Shown piece after piece: positions 32,695-43,925 of a DNA stretch of 64,000 nucleotides; within the stretch, counting starts at the first letter, position 1; each line of letters begins with the position of its first letter. The position numbers and the translations under genes are program-made. The DNA comes from Burkholderiales bacterium. GTDB taxonomy: Bacteria; Pseudomonadota; Gammaproteobacteria; Burkholderiales; SHXO01. The notes under the pieces were generated by a model. That model saw nothing but the letters and a program-made list of their open reading frames with translations, was not told the origin of the DNA and did not search any database. The stretch covers positions 5,792 through 69,791 of the forward strand of contig DATJZQ010000009.1 in assembly GCA_035499005.1 (NCBI GenBank), in the 5' to 3' direction.

Positions 32695-33622
32695 GGGCCA
32701 GCTCCAGGATGCGCAGGACGAGCTGCTCGAAGGAAAGCCCGGCAACCTTTGCCGCCATCGGCACCAAGCTGTGGCTGGTCATGCCTGGCGAGGTGTTCAT
32801 CTCGAGCAGCGACACCGATCCGTCCGCGCGTCGAATCAGATCACCCCTGCCCCATCCGCTGCAGCCCAGTGCTCGAGCCGAGCGCATGACGAGATCCTGA
32901 ATGCGCTGTTCCTCGGCGGCCGCCAGTCCGCACGGGCAGACGTATTTGGTTTCATCGCTGAAATATTTGTTCTGGTAGTCGTAGTTACCCTGTGGCGCCT
33001 CGATCCGGATGAGTGGGAGCGCCTGGTCGCCGACGAAACCAGCAGTCAATTCCTCGCCTTCGACAAATTCCTCCGCGAGGACCAGTGGGTCATACGTCGC
33101 CGCTTGCTGATAGGCGGCCGCCAGCTCGTGAGCCTTGGCCACCTTCGTCAGCCCGAGGGTCGATCCCTCATGCGCGGGCTTGATGATCAGCGGCAAGCCA
33201 AGCCTTGTCGCTACCCCTGCCCAGGCACTGTCTGCAGAGATGACCTCGTGACGCGGCGTTGGCAGACCGCTCGCCAGCCAGATGAGCTTCGTGCGCACCT
33301 TATCCATGCACAAAGCTGAAGCCATGACACCGCTGCCCGTGTACGGGATGCCCATCATCTCGAGGGCGCCTTGTACCGTCCCGTCCTCGCCGTAGCGGCC
33401 ATGCAACGCGATGAACACACGCTGGAAGCCTTCGTGCTTGAGCTCAGCCAATTCCCGCTGGGCCGGATCGAACGCATGGGCGTCGACCCCGGCGTTGCGC
33501 AATCCCCCCAGCACGTTCTGACCCGACATCAGTGAGATCTCCCGTTCGGCGGACTTGCCTCCGAGCAGAACGGCGACCTTGCCGAACGTGCGGCCCACCA
33601 CTGTGGTCTGCGTCCGAGCCAT
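32684..33622 (-). CDS. ddl: D-alanine--D-alanine ligase
   Basis: [37 protein letters not shown], and the C-terminal [20 protein letters not shown]. Confidence 0.96.
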   Translation of the reverse strand: MARTQTTVVGRTFGKVAVLLGGKSAEREISLMSGQNVLGGLRNAGVDAHAFDPAQRELAELKHEGFQRVFIALHGRYGEDGTVQGALEMMGIPYTGSGVMASALCMDKVRTKLIWLASGLPTPRHEVISADSAWAGVATRLGLPLIIKPAHEGSTLGLTKVAKAHELAAAYQQAATYDPLVLAEEFVEGEELTAGFVGDQALPLIRIEAPQGNYDYQNKYFSDETKYVCPCGLAAAEEQRIQDLVMRSARALGCSGWGRGDLIRRADGSVSLLEMNTSPGMTSHSLVPMAAKVAGLSFEQLVLRILELAHVG

Positions 33623-33626
33623 CGCT

Positions 33627-34583
33627 TTACGCTTTCTCCCCGATGATGCGCACCTCACGCTCGAGGCGCACCCCGCAACGCTCCCACACCGTCAGCTGCA
33701 CTTTGTCAATCAAGGCTTCGATGTCCGCCGCGCTGGCATTGCCGGTGTTGACGATGAAATTGGCGTGCTTGGTCGACACCACAGCCTCGCCGATCGCAAA
33801 GCCCTTCAAGCCGCACGACTCGATCAGGCGTGCCGCATAGTCGCCTGGAGGATTGCGGAACACCGAGCCCGCATTTGGTCGATCAAGGGGTTGCGTGGCA
33901 ATACGACGCTCCAACAACTCCCGGATTGCACGACGCGAGTCGTCAGGGTCGCCGCGCTGCAGCTTGAACCAGGCGGCGGCAAAGCAGCAGGCCGGCTTGG
34001 CTGACGCGCGCGGGTCCCTCGCGTCCGCTCGCAAGGCGACGTGGCGATAGCCCACATCGAACTGATCCGGGCTGCAGCGCTCCAGCTCCCCGTCGAAACG
34101 CAGGCACAAAACCGAGTCGACGATGTCCCAGGTTTCTGATCCGTAGCAGCCGGCGTTCATCGCCAGCGCACCGCCCACGGTTCCGGGTATCCCGGCAAGG
34201 AACTCCGCACCGCGCAGACCGTGAGTTGCACTAAATCGCGCTACTTTGGCACCCGCGACACCCGCTTCCGAATAAACCAGCTCAATATCCGACCGATCGC
34301 TGTCGAGGCGGATCTTGTTCAATGCGCCATGCGTGAAAACGACGGTGCCTCGCAAGCCCGCATCTCGAACCAGGAGATTGCTCCCGAGTCCGACGATGTA
34401 TAGCGGCTCGGTCGGCGGAAGCGTCCGGACGAACGCGACCAGGTCATCCAGGCAACGCGGGAAATACGCGCGTTCGGCGGCCCCGCCCACACGCCAGCTT
34501 GTGTGCTTGCGCATCGGCTCGTTCGATCTCAGTGCGCCGCCTGGCCCCTCGCGGGTCATGCGGTCAACGTCAGCCATGTCCAT
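33627..34583 (-). CDS. murB: UDP-N-acetylenolpyruvoylglucosamine reductase MurB
   Basis: [56 protein letters not shown]. The start is at 34583 or 34577, overlapping the murC stop; the 440-aa track ORF is an extension into murC. Confidence 0.94.
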   Translation of the reverse strand: MDMADVDRMTREGPGGALRSNEPMRKHTSWRVGGAAERAYFPRCLDDLVAFVRTLPPTEPLYIVGLGSNLLVRDAGLRGTVVFTHGALNKIRLDSDRSDIELVYSEAGVAGAKVARFSATHGLRGAEFLAGIPGTVGGALAMNAGCYGSETWDIVDSVLCLRFDGELERCSPDQFDVGYRHVALRADARDPRASAKPACCFAAAWFKLQRGDPDDSRRAIRELLERRIATQPLDRPNAGSVFRNPPGDYAARLIESCGLKGFAIGEAVVSTKHANFIVNTGNASAADIEALIDKVQLTVWERCGVRLEREVRIIGEKA

Positions 34584-36006
34584 GCGCAGCCGCCTGCATA
34601 TTGCCGCCCGGTCTCGCCTTCGACGCCAGCGCGCCCGCCACCGTACCGATCGAGCCGGCTCCCATGGTGACCACCACGTCACCCGGCCGCACGACATCCA
34701 GAATGGCCTGCGCCATGTCCGTGATCTGCTCGACGAAAATGGGCTCGACCTTGCCCGCCACGCGGACCGCCCGCGCCAGCGCTCGTCCATCGGCAGCCAC
34801 GATCGGCACCTCACCGGCTGGATATACTTCAGCCAAAAGCAACACGTCGACTGACGAGAGCACACGCACGAAGTCCTCGAACACGTCGCGTGTGCGCGTG
34901 TAGCGATGCGGCTGGAAGGCCAGCACCACTCGACGACCTGGGAACGCACCTCGCACGGCAGCCAGCGTCGCGTCCATCTCGGCCGGGTGGTGACCGTAGT
35001 CGTCGACCAGCGTGAACCGGCCTCGGGCCAGCGCTACCTCGCCGAAGCGCTGGAAGCGGCGGCCCACACCCTTGAACTCAGCCAGCGCACGTGCGATAGC
35101 CCCCTCTGGCACCTGCAATTCGACGCCGACGGCCACCGCTGCGAGCGCATTCTGGACGTTGTGCAGGCCGGGAAGATTGAGCGCGAGCTCCAGCGACTTG
35201 CCGGGAAGACCGTTGGTCTTGACGTGTGCAGTGAAGCGCATGCGCCCTTGCTCATGGCGGATGCCGGTGGCACGCACCTGCGCATGCTCGGATAAACCGT
35301 ACGTGGTGATGGGCTTGGTGACCAATGGCATGATCGCCCGCACGTTCGGGTCGTCGACGCAGAGCACCGCCATCCCATAGAAGGGCAGGCGCTGCACGAA
35401 GTCGAGGAAGGCCTGCCGGAGCCGACCGAAATCGTGGCCATACGTCTCCATATGGTCGGCGTCGATGTTGGTGACCACCGCAAGAACGGGCTGGAGGTGC
35501 AAAAACGAGGCATCCGACTCGTCGGCTTCGACCACGATGAACTCGCCCTTGCCCAGCTTGGCGTGGGATCCAGCGGCCTCCAACCGACCACCGATCACGA
35601 AGGTCGGATCCATGCCCGCCTCGGCCAGCACGCTGGCGACCAGGCTGGTGGTCGTGGTCTTGCCATGTGTGCCGGCGATCGCGATGCCCTGTCGCAGCCG
35701 CATGAGCTCGGCAAGCATGAGCGCTCGAGGCACGACCGGAACGCGCCGCGCGCGCGCCGCGGCGACCTCTGGGTTACCGGGCTTGACCGCAGTCGACACC
35801 ACGACCACGTCGGCTCCCTCCACATTGCTGGCGTCATGGCCCCTAGATACGCTCGCGCCGAGGCTGCGCAGGCGATCGGTCGTGGCGCTATCGGACAGGT
35901 CGGAGCCGCTCACCTGAAACCCAAGGTTGAGCAGTACCTCAGCGATTCCGCTCATCCCAGAGCCGCCGATGCCGACGAAATGAACGCGCTTGACCTTGTG
36001 CCTCAT
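34570..36006 (-). CDS. murC: UDP-N-acetylmuramate--L-alanine ligase MurC
   Basis: [43 protein letters not shown]. Confidence 0.97.
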   Translation of the reverse strand: MRHKVKRVHFVGIGGSGMSGIAEVLLNLGFQVSGSDLSDSATTDRLRSLGASVSRGHDASNVEGADVVVVSTAVKPGNPEVAAARARRVPVVPRALMLAELMRLRQGIAIAGTHGKTTTTSLVASVLAEAGMDPTFVIGGRLEAAGSHAKLGKGEFIVVEADESDASFLHLQPVLAVVTNIDADHMETYGHDFGRLRQAFLDFVQRLPFYGMAVLCVDDPNVRAIMPLVTKPITTYGLSEHAQVRATGIRHEQGRMRFTAHVKTNGLPGKSLELALNLPGLHNVQNALAAVAVGVELQVPEGAIARALAEFKGVGRRFQRFGEVALARGRFTLVDDYGHHPAEMDATLAAVRGAFPGRRVVLAFQPHRYTRTRDVFEDFVRVLSSVDVLLLAEVYPAGEVPIVAADGRALARAVRVAGKVEPIFVEQITDMAQAILDVVRPGDVVVTMGAGSIGTVAGALASKARPGGNMQAAAHGHG

Positions 36007-36016
36007 GCCCGCCCGC

Positions 36017-36169
36017 TCACCTCAGTAAACTGCTGGCCTCGAGCAGGAACTGCAGCCGCAGATCGCCCAGGTCCTGTCTGCGAGGCATGCGCCCCGTGCG
36101 CGCTGGAAGGCGCAGCCGCAGCAGGTCACTGCGCCGTCTCGCCTGTTTGTTGACTTTGGGTTGCAGCAT
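36017..36169 (-). CDS. Hypothetical 50-aa basic peptide in the murG-murC gap
   Basis: [50 protein letters not shown]. The ATG is preceded by AGAAGGAAG, with 6 nt between the motif and the ATG. The stop lies 10 nt before the murC ATG. Third-position G+C is about 77% by hand count. I recognise no homology. Confidence 0.35.
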   Translation of the reverse strand: MLQPKVNKQARRRSDLLRLRLPARTGRMPRRQDLGDLRLQFLLEASSLLR

Positions 36170-36189
36170 GCTGTCTTCCTTCTCTGAGC

Positions 36190-37305
36190 TCATCCGGCAC
36201 ACGCCATGCAGATGTCCGTCACCGTTGCCGCGGCCTGCGGCTTGGCCAGCGCGCGTGCGCGCTTGGCCATTTCCGCGAGCTGCTCGCGCGTGAAGCCCAG
36301 CAGCAAGTCCGCCAGGCGACGCGGTGAGAGCTCACGCTGCTGGACCAGCACGGCCGCACCTGCGTCGACGAGAAAGCGCGCGTTGTGAGTCTGGTGGTCG
36401 TCCACGGCATGAGGGAAGGGCACGAGTATGCTGGCAACGCCCGCCGCAGCCAGCTCGGAGACCGTCAGCGCGCCCGCTCGGCAGATGACCAAGTCGGCTC
36501 GTGCGTATTGAGCAGCCATGTCGTCAATGAAAGGCGTCGCTTCAGCGCGCACCCCGGCCTGCTCGTAGCTGCGCCGCAGCTGGTCTAGATGCTTTGCTCC
36601 AGATTGGTGAGTGATCCGCGGGCGCTGCCCCTCCGGAACCAGGCTCATCGCCGCTGGCACCACTTCGTTCAACGCCTGCGCACCGAGACTGCCTCCGAGC
36701 ACCAGCAGCTGGAGAGAATCGGGACGACTCGCGTAGCGAGTCTCGGGCTCCGGCAAGTGTGTGATCGACTCTCGCACCGGGTTGCCTACCCACAGTGACT
36801 TCTTGAGCACGCCGGGAAAACCGGAGAGAACACGGTCGGCCACTCCTGCCAGCACTCGGTTGGCCAGACCCGCGACGGAGTTTTGCTCGTGCACCACCAG
36901 CGGCCGCGCAAGCAGCGAGGCCATCATGCCGCCCGGGAAGGAGACGTATCCACCCATCCCCAGCACCACATCCGGCCGCACTCGGAAAATCACCCTCGCG
37001 CTCTGCCAGAATGCGACAAGCAGGCTGAGCGGCAGCAGAGCCAGGCGCATGAATCCTTTCCCACGCACACCGGAGAAGCGGATCCATTCCATCTCGTAGC
37101 CGTGCTTGGGGATCAGTGTCGCCTCCATCCCATCTTTGGAGCCCAGCCATACCACTCGCCAGCCTGCGTGGCGCATCTGTTCAGCGACCGCCAGAGCCGG
37201 CATCACATGCCCCCCTGTCCCGCCCGCCATAACCAGAATGGCCCGCGCGGCGTGTGTCTGCGGCGAGGTGCTTGTCGGCTGGCGCGAAGCAGGGTCAAGT
37301 CCCAT
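36190..37305 (-). CDS. murG: Undecaprenyldiphospho-muramoylpentapeptide beta-N-acetylglucosaminyltransferase MurG
   Basis: ILVMAGGTGGHVMPALAVA, and the C-terminal ICRAGALTVSELAAAG. The ATG at 37305 lies 1 nt after the ftsW stop; the track start is a GTG at 37323. Confidence 0.95.
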   Translation of the reverse strand: MGLDPASRQPTSTSPQTHAARAILVMAGGTGGHVMPALAVAEQMRHAGWRVVWLGSKDGMEATLIPKHGYEMEWIRFSGVRGKGFMRLALLPLSLLVAFWQSARVIFRVRPDVVLGMGGYVSFPGGMMASLLARPLVVHEQNSVAGLANRVLAGVADRVLSGFPGVLKKSLWVGNPVRESITHLPEPETRYASRPDSLQLLVLGGSLGAQALNEVVPAAMSLVPEGQRPRITHQSGAKHLDQLRRSYEQAGVRAEATPFIDDMAAQYARADLVICRAGALTVSELAAAGVASILVPFPHAVDDHQTHNARFLVDAGAAVLVQQRELSPRRLADLLLGFTREQLAEMAKRARALAKPQAAATVTDICMACAG

Positions 37306-37306
37306 C

Positions 37307-38590
37307 TCAATCCGACCTCGCACGCAGTGCGCTGCTCACCCATGCTGTTCTGACGCCACGCCCGGCGCGCGGCCGTGCGGTGGACGCTAGCGGCCTGCCT
37401 CCCAACTTCGCGATCGACCCCGAATCAGCGGTGCCGCGCATCAAGTTCCGGCTCTCCCAGTCAATGCGCAGCAGCATGGCAAGAGCTGCGCAGTTGGCAA
37501 GCAATCCACTGCCGCCGAAACTCAAAAAAGGCAGAGTCAATCCCTTAGTCGGAAGCAAACCCAGGTTCACGCCCATGTTGATGATGGCCTGCACACCGAG
37601 CCAGATCCCGATACCTTGCGCGGCCAAGGCAGAGAAGTAGCGCTCCAGTTTGGCCGCCTGTGATCCGATCGCGAAGGCTCGTACCGTGAGGAAGCCGAAC
37701 AGCCCGATCACGAGCGACACGCCGCAGAAGCCGAGCTCCTCGCCGATCACTGCCAGCAAAAAGTCGGTGTGAGCCTCGGGCAGATAGAACAGTTTTTCGA
37801 CGCTCGCCCCGAGGCCCACACCGAGCAGCTCGCCGCGCCCGAACGCGATCAGCGCATGCGACAGCTGATAGCCCTTGCCATAGGGGTCGGCCCACGGATC
37901 CATGAAACCCAGAATGCGTTGCATGCGGTAGGGCGAAGTGAGGATGACCAGCACGAAACCCGCCACCAGCAGCACCACGAGGCCTGCGAACAGACGCCAA
38001 TTCATTCCACCGAGGAACAGGATCCCCATAGCAATGGCGGCGATGACCGCGAAAGCGCCGAAATCGGGCTCGCGCAGCAGCAGTGCGCCCACGAACAGCA
38101 TGACGGCGAACATCGGGAGGAACCCCTTACGCACGCTGTGCATCCACGCTGCCTTGCGCACGGTATAGTCTGCGGCGTAGAGGACAACGAAAAGCTTCAT
38201 CAGCTCAGAGGGCTGCAGGTTCGCGATCAGGAGTGGAAGCCAGCGCCGGCTGCCGTTGACCTCACGCCCGACCCCAGGAATGAGCACCAGCAAAAGCAGT
38301 GCCGCACCGAAGAGAAACAGGTAAGGAGCCGCGTCCTGCCACAGGCGCGTCGGGATCTGGAAGATCAGGGTTGCGAGCAGCACCGACACGCACACAAAAA
38401 GCAGTTGCCGGCAAAGAAAGAAGGTCGGCTGATTGGCGGCAAACCTGGACTGCTCTGCGATAGCGATGGAGGCGGAATACACCATTACCACACCCGCGCC
38501 CAGCAGCAGGGCACAAGTCCAGATCAGGGCATGGTCATACGCGCCAGGTGTAAGCCTTCCGGGGCGGGCAAACGCCTCGCCCCAGGTCAT
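37307..38590 (-). CDS. ftsW: Peptidoglycan glycosyltransferase FtsW (SEDS family)
   Basis: Polytopic SEDS protein ([53 protein letters not shown]) in the canonical dcw position. Confidence 0.95.
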   Translation of the reverse strand: MTWGEAFARPGRLTPGAYDHALIWTCALLLGAGVVMVYSASIAIAEQSRFAANQPTFFLCRQLLFVCVSVLLATLIFQIPTRLWQDAAPYLFLFGAALLLLVLIPGVGREVNGSRRWLPLLIANLQPSELMKLFVVLYAADYTVRKAAWMHSVRKGFLPMFAVMLFVGALLLREPDFGAFAVIAAIAMGILFLGGMNWRLFAGLVVLLVAGFVLVILTSPYRMQRILGFMDPWADPYGKGYQLSHALIAFGRGELLGVGLGASVEKLFYLPEAHTDFLLAVIGEELGFCGVSLVIGLFGFLTVRAFAIGSQAAKLERYFSALAAQGIGIWLGVQAIINMGVNLGLLPTKGLTLPFLSFGGSGLLANCAALAMLLRIDWESRNLMRGTADSGSIAKLGGRPLASTARPRAGRGVRTAWVSSALRARSD

Positions 38591-39972
38591 CTTGCGGCCC
38601 TCAATTCTTGAACAGCGCGCGCGAAAACCTGAGCGCGGTGCTCGTAGTCGCGAAACATGTCGAAACTCGCGCAGGCTGGCGACAGCAGCACCGCATCGCC
38701 TTCGCGCGCCGCCGCCAGGCTCAAGCGCACGGCCTCGTCCATATCGCGGGCGAGTGCGACCGGCACGCCGCTGCTTTGAATGCTGCTAGCAATCTTGTCG
38801 CCGTCGCGCCCGATCAGCACGACGGCGCGCGCTCGGGCCGCAACTGCCGACTTGAGCGGAGTGAAGTCCTGCCCTTTGCCGTCGCCGCCGGCGATGAGCA
38901 CCACCTTCTGGCGCATGCCATTGAGCGCGGCGAGCGTGGCGCCCACGTTGGTGCCCTTGGAATCGTCGTAGAAGGCAACGCCGTCGATCTCGCCGATCTT
39001 TTGCACCCGGTGGGGCAGGCCCTCGAACCGGGAGAGCGCGAGCAGCAGTGCGTCGTACGGCAGTTCGATCGCGCGCGTAAGCGCCAACGCCGCGAGGGCG
39101 TTTGCCGCGTTGTGCAAACCGACCACGCGCAGCTGCGACACCGCCATGAGTTGTTGGTCTCCCTGCGCCAACCAAGTGTCGCCGGCGCGATCGACCAAAC
39201 CCCACTCCCGCTCGCCACAGGGCGCATCCAACCCGAAGGTGAAGACGGTTCGCCCGGCCAGCGCCATGCTCCGCGACCACACGTCCTGGCGGTTGAGGAC
39301 CTGAATGCCGTTGCCGTGGAAGATGCGTGCCTTGGCCTGTGCATAGGCCGGCATCGTGCGATATCGGTCGAGGTGATCCTCGCTCAGGTTAAGGCAGGCA
39401 GCCACGTGCGCATCGAGCGACTTCGTCGTCTCGAGCTGAAAGCTCGAGAGTTCAAGCACGAATACTTCCGGCTCCCGTTCCGACGCACTGGTCGCAGTGG
39501 CAAGCTCCAGCAGGACATCAAGCACCGGCAGCCCGATATTGCCGGCTACCACGGTTCGCAGCCCGGCTTGCCGACACATGGCGCCGGTCATCTCGGTTAC
39601 CGTGCTCTTGCCGTTGGATCCCGTGATCGCGAGCACTTTCGCTGTACAGATGCCAGGCAGGGCCTGCGCGAACAGCTCGATGTCGCCTACCACCGGTACA
39701 CCCCGGCCGGCGGCCGTCTCCACCAGAGGCTCGGCCAATGAAACGCCCGGGCTGATAGCGATCAATTCGGCGCCGTCGAAGCTCTCGCGTCGCAGAGCCC
39801 CGATGTCCACCGGTACATCCGGCGACTCTCGTTGCAGCTGAGACGCGCAGGGAGGCACCGCGCGCGTGTCAGCAACGCGGACGCGTGCGCCGCTGTGGCG
39901 GAGCCAGCGCGCCATCGACAGGCCGCTCACCCCGAGACCGAGCACCAGCGCGTTTCTTCCAGCCAGCTCCAT
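38587..39972 (-). CDS. murD: UDP-N-acetylmuramoylalanine--D-glutamate ligase MurD
   Basis: [32 protein letters not shown] at 39972 (MELAGRN); the longer track ORF overlaps mraY. Confidence 0.95.
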   Translation of the reverse strand: MELAGRNALVLGLGVSGLSMARWLRHSGARVRVADTRAVPPCASQLQRESPDVPVDIGALRRESFDGAELIAISPGVSLAEPLVETAAGRGVPVVGDIELFAQALPGICTAKVLAITGSNGKSTVTEMTGAMCRQAGLRTVVAGNIGLPVLDVLLELATATSASEREPEVFVLELSSFQLETTKSLDAHVAACLNLSEDHLDRYRTMPAYAQAKARIFHGNGIQVLNRQDVWSRSMALAGRTVFTFGLDAPCGEREWGLVDRAGDTWLAQGDQQLMAVSQLRVVGLHNAANALAALALTRAIELPYDALLLALSRFEGLPHRVQKIGEIDGVAFYDDSKGTNVGATLAALNGMRQKVVLIAGGDGKGQDFTPLKSAVAARARAVVLIGRDGDKIASSIQSSGVPVALARDMDEAVRLSLAAAREGDAVLLSPACASFDMFRDYEHRAQVFARAVQELRAAR

Positions 39973-39986
39973 GCGACCGATCCGTC

Positions 39987-41069
39987 TTACCTCAGTTTCA
40001 GGGTGGACAGTCCGAACAGCACCAGCATCATCGTGATGATCCAGAATCGCACCACCACCTGATTCTCCTTCCACCCCTTCAGCTCGTAGTGATGGTGCAG
40101 TGGTGCCATGCGGAAGATGCGCTTACCGGTGAGCTTGAAGGAAGCCACCTGCAGCATCACCGACAGTGTTTCCACGACGAATACGCCGCCCATGATGAAC
40201 AGCACGATCTCCTGGCGGACGATGACGGCAACCGTTCCGAGCGCAGCACCTAGCCCCAGGGCGCCCACGTCGCCCATGAATACCTCGGCTGGATAAGCGT
40301 TGAACCATAGGAATCCGAGGCCCGCGCCAGCCAGTGCGGCGCAATACACCGTCAGCTCGCCCGCCCCGGGAATGTGCGGAAATCCCAGGTACTTGGAGAA
40401 CACGGCGTTGCCCGCCACGTAGGCAAATACGCCGAGCGCGCTCCCCACCATGACGGTGGGCAGAATGGCGAGCCCGTCCAGTCCGTCGGTTAGGTTGACT
40501 GCGTTACTGGTCCCAACGATGACGCAATAGGTGAGGATCACAAAACCGATCACGCCCAACGGATAGGCGATCTGTTTGAAGAACGGGACGATGAACTCGG
40601 TCTGTGCAGCCGTGCCGCTGTATGCCAGGAAGCCGGCGGCGGCCAACCCGAGCACCGATTGCCAGAAAAACTTGGCGCGTGCCGGCAGGCCCTTGGGATT
40701 GCGATGTACCACTTTTCGATAGTCGTCGACCCATCCGATCACCCCGAAGCCGAGCGTGACTGCGATCACGACCCATACGAAGCGATTGGTCAGATCGCTC
40801 CAGAGGATGGTCGTGATGGTGATGGACACCAGGATCAAGGCGCCGCCCATCGTGGGTGTTCCGGCCTTGGCCAGGTGGGTCTGAGGTCCGTCGTCGCGTA
40901 CCGCCTGCCCGATCTTGTAGGCAGTCAGCTTGCGGATGACCGCAGGGCCCACCACAAAGGAGATCGCAAGCGCGGTCAAGGTCGCGAGCACCGCACGCAG
41001 CGTGATGTAGGTGAAGACGTTGAAGGTGCGCACGTCCTGCGCCAGCCATTGCGTCACCATCAGCAGCAT
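39987..41069 (-). CDS. mraY: Phospho-N-acetylmuramoyl-pentapeptide transferase MraY
   Basis: [37 protein letters not shown]. Confidence 0.97.
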   Translation of the reverse strand: MLLMVTQWLAQDVRTFNVFTYITLRAVLATLTALAISFVVGPAVIRKLTAYKIGQAVRDDGPQTHLAKAGTPTMGGALILVSITITTILWSDLTNRFVWVVIAVTLGFGVIGWVDDYRKVVHRNPKGLPARAKFFWQSVLGLAAAGFLAYSGTAAQTEFIVPFFKQIAYPLGVIGFVILTYCVIVGTSNAVNLTDGLDGLAILPTVMVGSALGVFAYVAGNAVFSKYLGFPHIPGAGELTVYCAALAGAGLGFLWFNAYPAEVFMGDVGALGLGAALGTVAVIVRQEIVLFIMGGVFVVETLSVMLQVASFKLTGKRIFRMAPLHHHYELKGWKENQVVVRFWIITMMLVLFGLSTLKLR

Positions 41070-41070
41070 A

Positions 41071-42450
41071 CTAATGCCCTCCCTCAGCCGGTTGGGACTC
41101 GCCGTTGATCAAGCGCTGCACCACACGCTCCATACGCATGAAACGGGAACCCTTCACGAGGACGGTCGTGTCCGCGCTCAGAAGTCGATCGAGGGCGGCG
41201 TGCAGTGTGTCGAGGTCGCGGAAATGCTGGGCACCGTCGCCGAACGCGCGCGTCGCCGCCTCGGACAGGTCGCCCAGCGTGAGCAACTGGTCGATTCCGG
41301 CACGCCGAGCATGTTCCCCGGTTTGAGCGTGCAGGGCGGCGCCCTCCTGGCCCAGCTCTCCCATGTCTCCGAGCACCAGGACGCGCTTACCCGGTGCCGC
41401 CGCAAGCACGGCGATAGCCGCTTTGACGGAGTCGGGGTTGGCGTTGTACGTGTCATCGATCAGGGTGGCGCCGCTGCGCGCGGCCATGCGCTGCAGCCTG
41501 CCCTTGGTACCGGTATAGCGCGCCAGACCGCTCGCGATCTCGGCTGGCGCGATGCCCACCGCATGCGCACAAGCAGCAGCCGCAAGCGCATTGCGTACGT
41601 TGTGCAATCCAGGCACCTGCAGCCGGACGACGTATTTCGAATCCGGCGCACGCAGCGAGAGAAGGCTACCCGCCCTGCTTAGCTCGAAGCGAGCCGATAC
41701 GGCCGCCGGCGCGTCGATACCGAAATCGACGATCCTGCGGCCGTGATTCAACTGACGCCAATAGGGGGCATATTCATCGTCGGCGTTGATTACGGCTACA
41801 CCTGTTGCACCCAGAGCACCGAAGATCTCTCCTTTCGCGTGAGCGATGTCCTGGCGCGAACCGACCTCTCCCAGGTGCGCAACGCCGGCGTTCGTGACCA
41901 GCGCAACGCTCGGACTCGCGAGGCGAGCCAGGTAACTGATCTCGCCGAGATGATTCATGCCCATCTCGAACGCGGCATACCGGTGCCGCTCCCGCAGGCG
42001 CAGCAGCATGAGCGGCACGCCGATGTGGTTGTTGAGATTCCCGGTGGTCGCAAGCACGGCTCCCTCACCCGCCGCCGCGCTCAGCACGAGGGCAAGCATG
42101 TCCTTGACTGTGGTCTTGCCGTTGCTGCCCGTTATTGCGACCACCGGAATGTCGAACCGGCTGCGCCAGTATGCCGCGAGGGTGCCCAGGGCCTGGCCCG
42201 TGTCGGGCACTGAAATCATCGGCGTGTCGGCGCTGGTCGGCAGCCGCCCCTGTTCGACAAGAACGGCGGCGGCACCAGCCGCCAGCGCTGCAGCCACGAA
42301 GGCGTGTCCATCGAAGCGCTCACCTCGCAGAGCGACGAACAGCGAACCGGGCTCGCCTTGACGGCTGTCGGTGTTGACGGAGCTGAACGTCACGTTCGGG
42401 CCTGAACGAACACCGCCGAGGGCGCGAGCGGCTGTGTCGAGGTCAAGCAT
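41071..42450 (-). CDS. murF: UDP-N-acetylmuramoyl-tripeptide--D-alanyl-D-alanine ligase MurF
   Basis: [13 protein letters not shown], with Mur ligase middle and C-terminal domains, in the dcw position. Confidence 0.95.
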   Translation of the reverse strand: MLDLDTAARALGGVRSGPNVTFSSVNTDSRQGEPGSLFVALRGERFDGHAFVAAALAAGAAAVLVEQGRLPTSADTPMISVPDTGQALGTLAAYWRSRFDIPVVAITGSNGKTTVKDMLALVLSAAAGEGAVLATTGNLNNHIGVPLMLLRLRERHRYAAFEMGMNHLGEISYLARLASPSVALVTNAGVAHLGEVGSRQDIAHAKGEIFGALGATGVAVINADDEYAPYWRQLNHGRRIVDFGIDAPAAVSARFELSRAGSLLSLRAPDSKYVVRLQVPGLHNVRNALAAAACAHAVGIAPAEIASGLARYTGTKGRLQRMAARSGATLIDDTYNANPDSVKAAIAVLAAAPGKRVLVLGDMGELGQEGAALHAQTGEHARRAGIDQLLTLGDLSEAATRAFGDGAQHFRDLDTLHAALDRLLSADTTVLVKGSRFMRMERVVQRLINGESQPAEGGH

Positions 42451-43925
42451 CAGCGACGCCCCTCGAGGATGCCGGCGGCCACCTCGGTATCGTTGAACGG
42501 CATGCGCCGTCCGCCGATCTCCTGGTAGGCTTCGTGGCCTTTGCCCGCGATCAAAACCACGTCCTCGGGGCGCGACTCGTGCAACGCGAGCAGGATGGCG
42601 CTGGCACGGTCCAGCTCCACGTGGTAATTGGCATGTGCGCCAGTGATGATCGCGTCGACGATGGCGCGCGGATCCTCGCCGCGCGGGTTGTCGCTGGTGA
42701 TGAATACTTGATCCGCTAGGCGCGTGGCTACTTCACCCATCAGCGGGCGCTTGCCCGCGTCGCGCTCCCCGCCGCAGCCGAATACGCAGATCAGGCGGCC
42801 GTCGGCTCCCAGGACTGCGCGCAGGGTCTCCAGCACCTTCTGGAGCGCATCCGGCGTATGTGCGTAATCCACCACTACCAGCGGCTTACCCTGTCGCCGG
42901 ATCATCTGCAGACGGCCCGCCACAGGCTCGACGCGCTCCAACGCCGTGGTTGCATCGTCCAGCCTGACGCCAGCCGCCAACAACGTTCCGAGGACGCCGA
43001 GCAGGTTGGCGGCGTTATAGCCCCCCAGCAGCTGGCTGCGAATGACGCCCGCGCCCCAAGGGGTTTCGATCTCCAGGGTGAGGCCGTGCTTCGACAAGTC
43101 GAGCTTGTGACCAGAGATTTCGCCCTTGCCCAGCCCATAGCCGAGCACGTTGATCCGCGAACGGTCGAGCGCGGCCGCCAGTTCCAGCCCGAAACTGTCA
43201 TCCAGGTTGATCACCGCATGCTGCAGCCCAGGCCAGCTGAACAACCTCGCTTTGGCAGCGCCGTAGCGCTCCATGCTGCCGTGGTAGTCCAAGTGATCGC
43301 GGGAAAGGTTGGTGAACAGCGCAGCCGCGAAGGTCACGCCATTCACCCGGCCTTGCTCCAGGCCGTGGGAGGAGACTTCCACGACCACTCCCGACGCCCC
43401 CTGCTGCAGCAGGCTGGACATGTGCGATTGAAGTGCGACTGCGTCGGGGGTGGTGTGAGTAGGGGTCGCTAGCCGTCCGGGGAAGCCGTTCCCGAGCGTG
43501 CCGATGACTGCGGTACGCCGACCCAGGTGCGTGAGGCTCTGCGCAATCCAGTGGGAGCAGGACGTCTTGCCGTTGGTTCCGGTCACGCCCGCCACCCACA
43601 TGCTGCGAGACGGGTATCCATACACGCTGGCCGCGATAAACCCCAGCCTCTCGCGCAGGCCCGGGACGGCCAAGTTCGGCACTCGCCAGGCGGAATTCCA
43701 CTGAAAGTCTTGTGCGTCCCAGATGACGGCGGCCGCACCGGCGGCGATGACCTGCTCGATGAAGGCGCGTCCATCAGTGCGAACGCCAGGCATGGCAACA
43801 AACACATCCCCGGGCTCTACCCGGCGGCTGTCCGTGACCAGTCGAGTGACTGGCACACCGAGACCCTCGAGCGCAGCGCGGTCGGCGCCCGGCGAGAGAC
43901 CCTGGTTTCCGGCGGTCTCGCTCAT
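42450..43925 (-). CDS. murE: UDP-N-acetylmuramoyl-L-alanyl-D-glutamate--2,6-diaminopimelate ligase MurE
   Basis: VTGTNGKTSCSHW, and the DNPRGEDP motif typical of meso-DAP-adding MurE. Confidence 0.95.
   Translation of the reverse strand: MSETAGNQGLSPGADRAALEGLGVPVTRLVTDSRRVEPGDVFVAMPGVRTDGRAFIEQVIAAGAAAVIWDAQDFQWNSAWRVPNLAVPGLRERLGFIAASVYGYPSRSMWVAGVTGTNGKTSCSHWIAQSLTHLGRRTAVIGTLGNGFPGRLATPTHTTPDAVALQSHMSSLLQQGASGVVVEVSSHGLEQGRVNGVTFAAALFTNLSRDHLDYHGSMERYGAAKARLFSWPGLQHAVINLDDSFGLELAAALDRSRINVLGYGLGKGEISGHKLDLSKHGLTLEIETPWGAGVIRSQLLGGYNAANLLGVLGTLLAAGVRLDDATTALERVEPVAGRLQMIRRQGKPLVVVDYAHTPDALQKVLETLRAVLGADGRLICVFGCGGERDAGKRPLMGEVATRLADQVFITSDNPRGEDPRAIVDAIITGAHANYHVELDRASAILLALHESRPEDVVLIAGKGHEAYQEIGGRRMPFNDTEVAAGILEGRR

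Noticed and set aside
36087-36293. 68-aa plus-strand ORF across the murG-murC gap
   Set aside because: It is opposite in orientation to the whole dcw operon, overlaps the murG 3' end, has no SD, and is Arg/Ser/Cys-rich. The co-directional 50-aa ORF is the more plausible coding candidate, if any ORF here is real.
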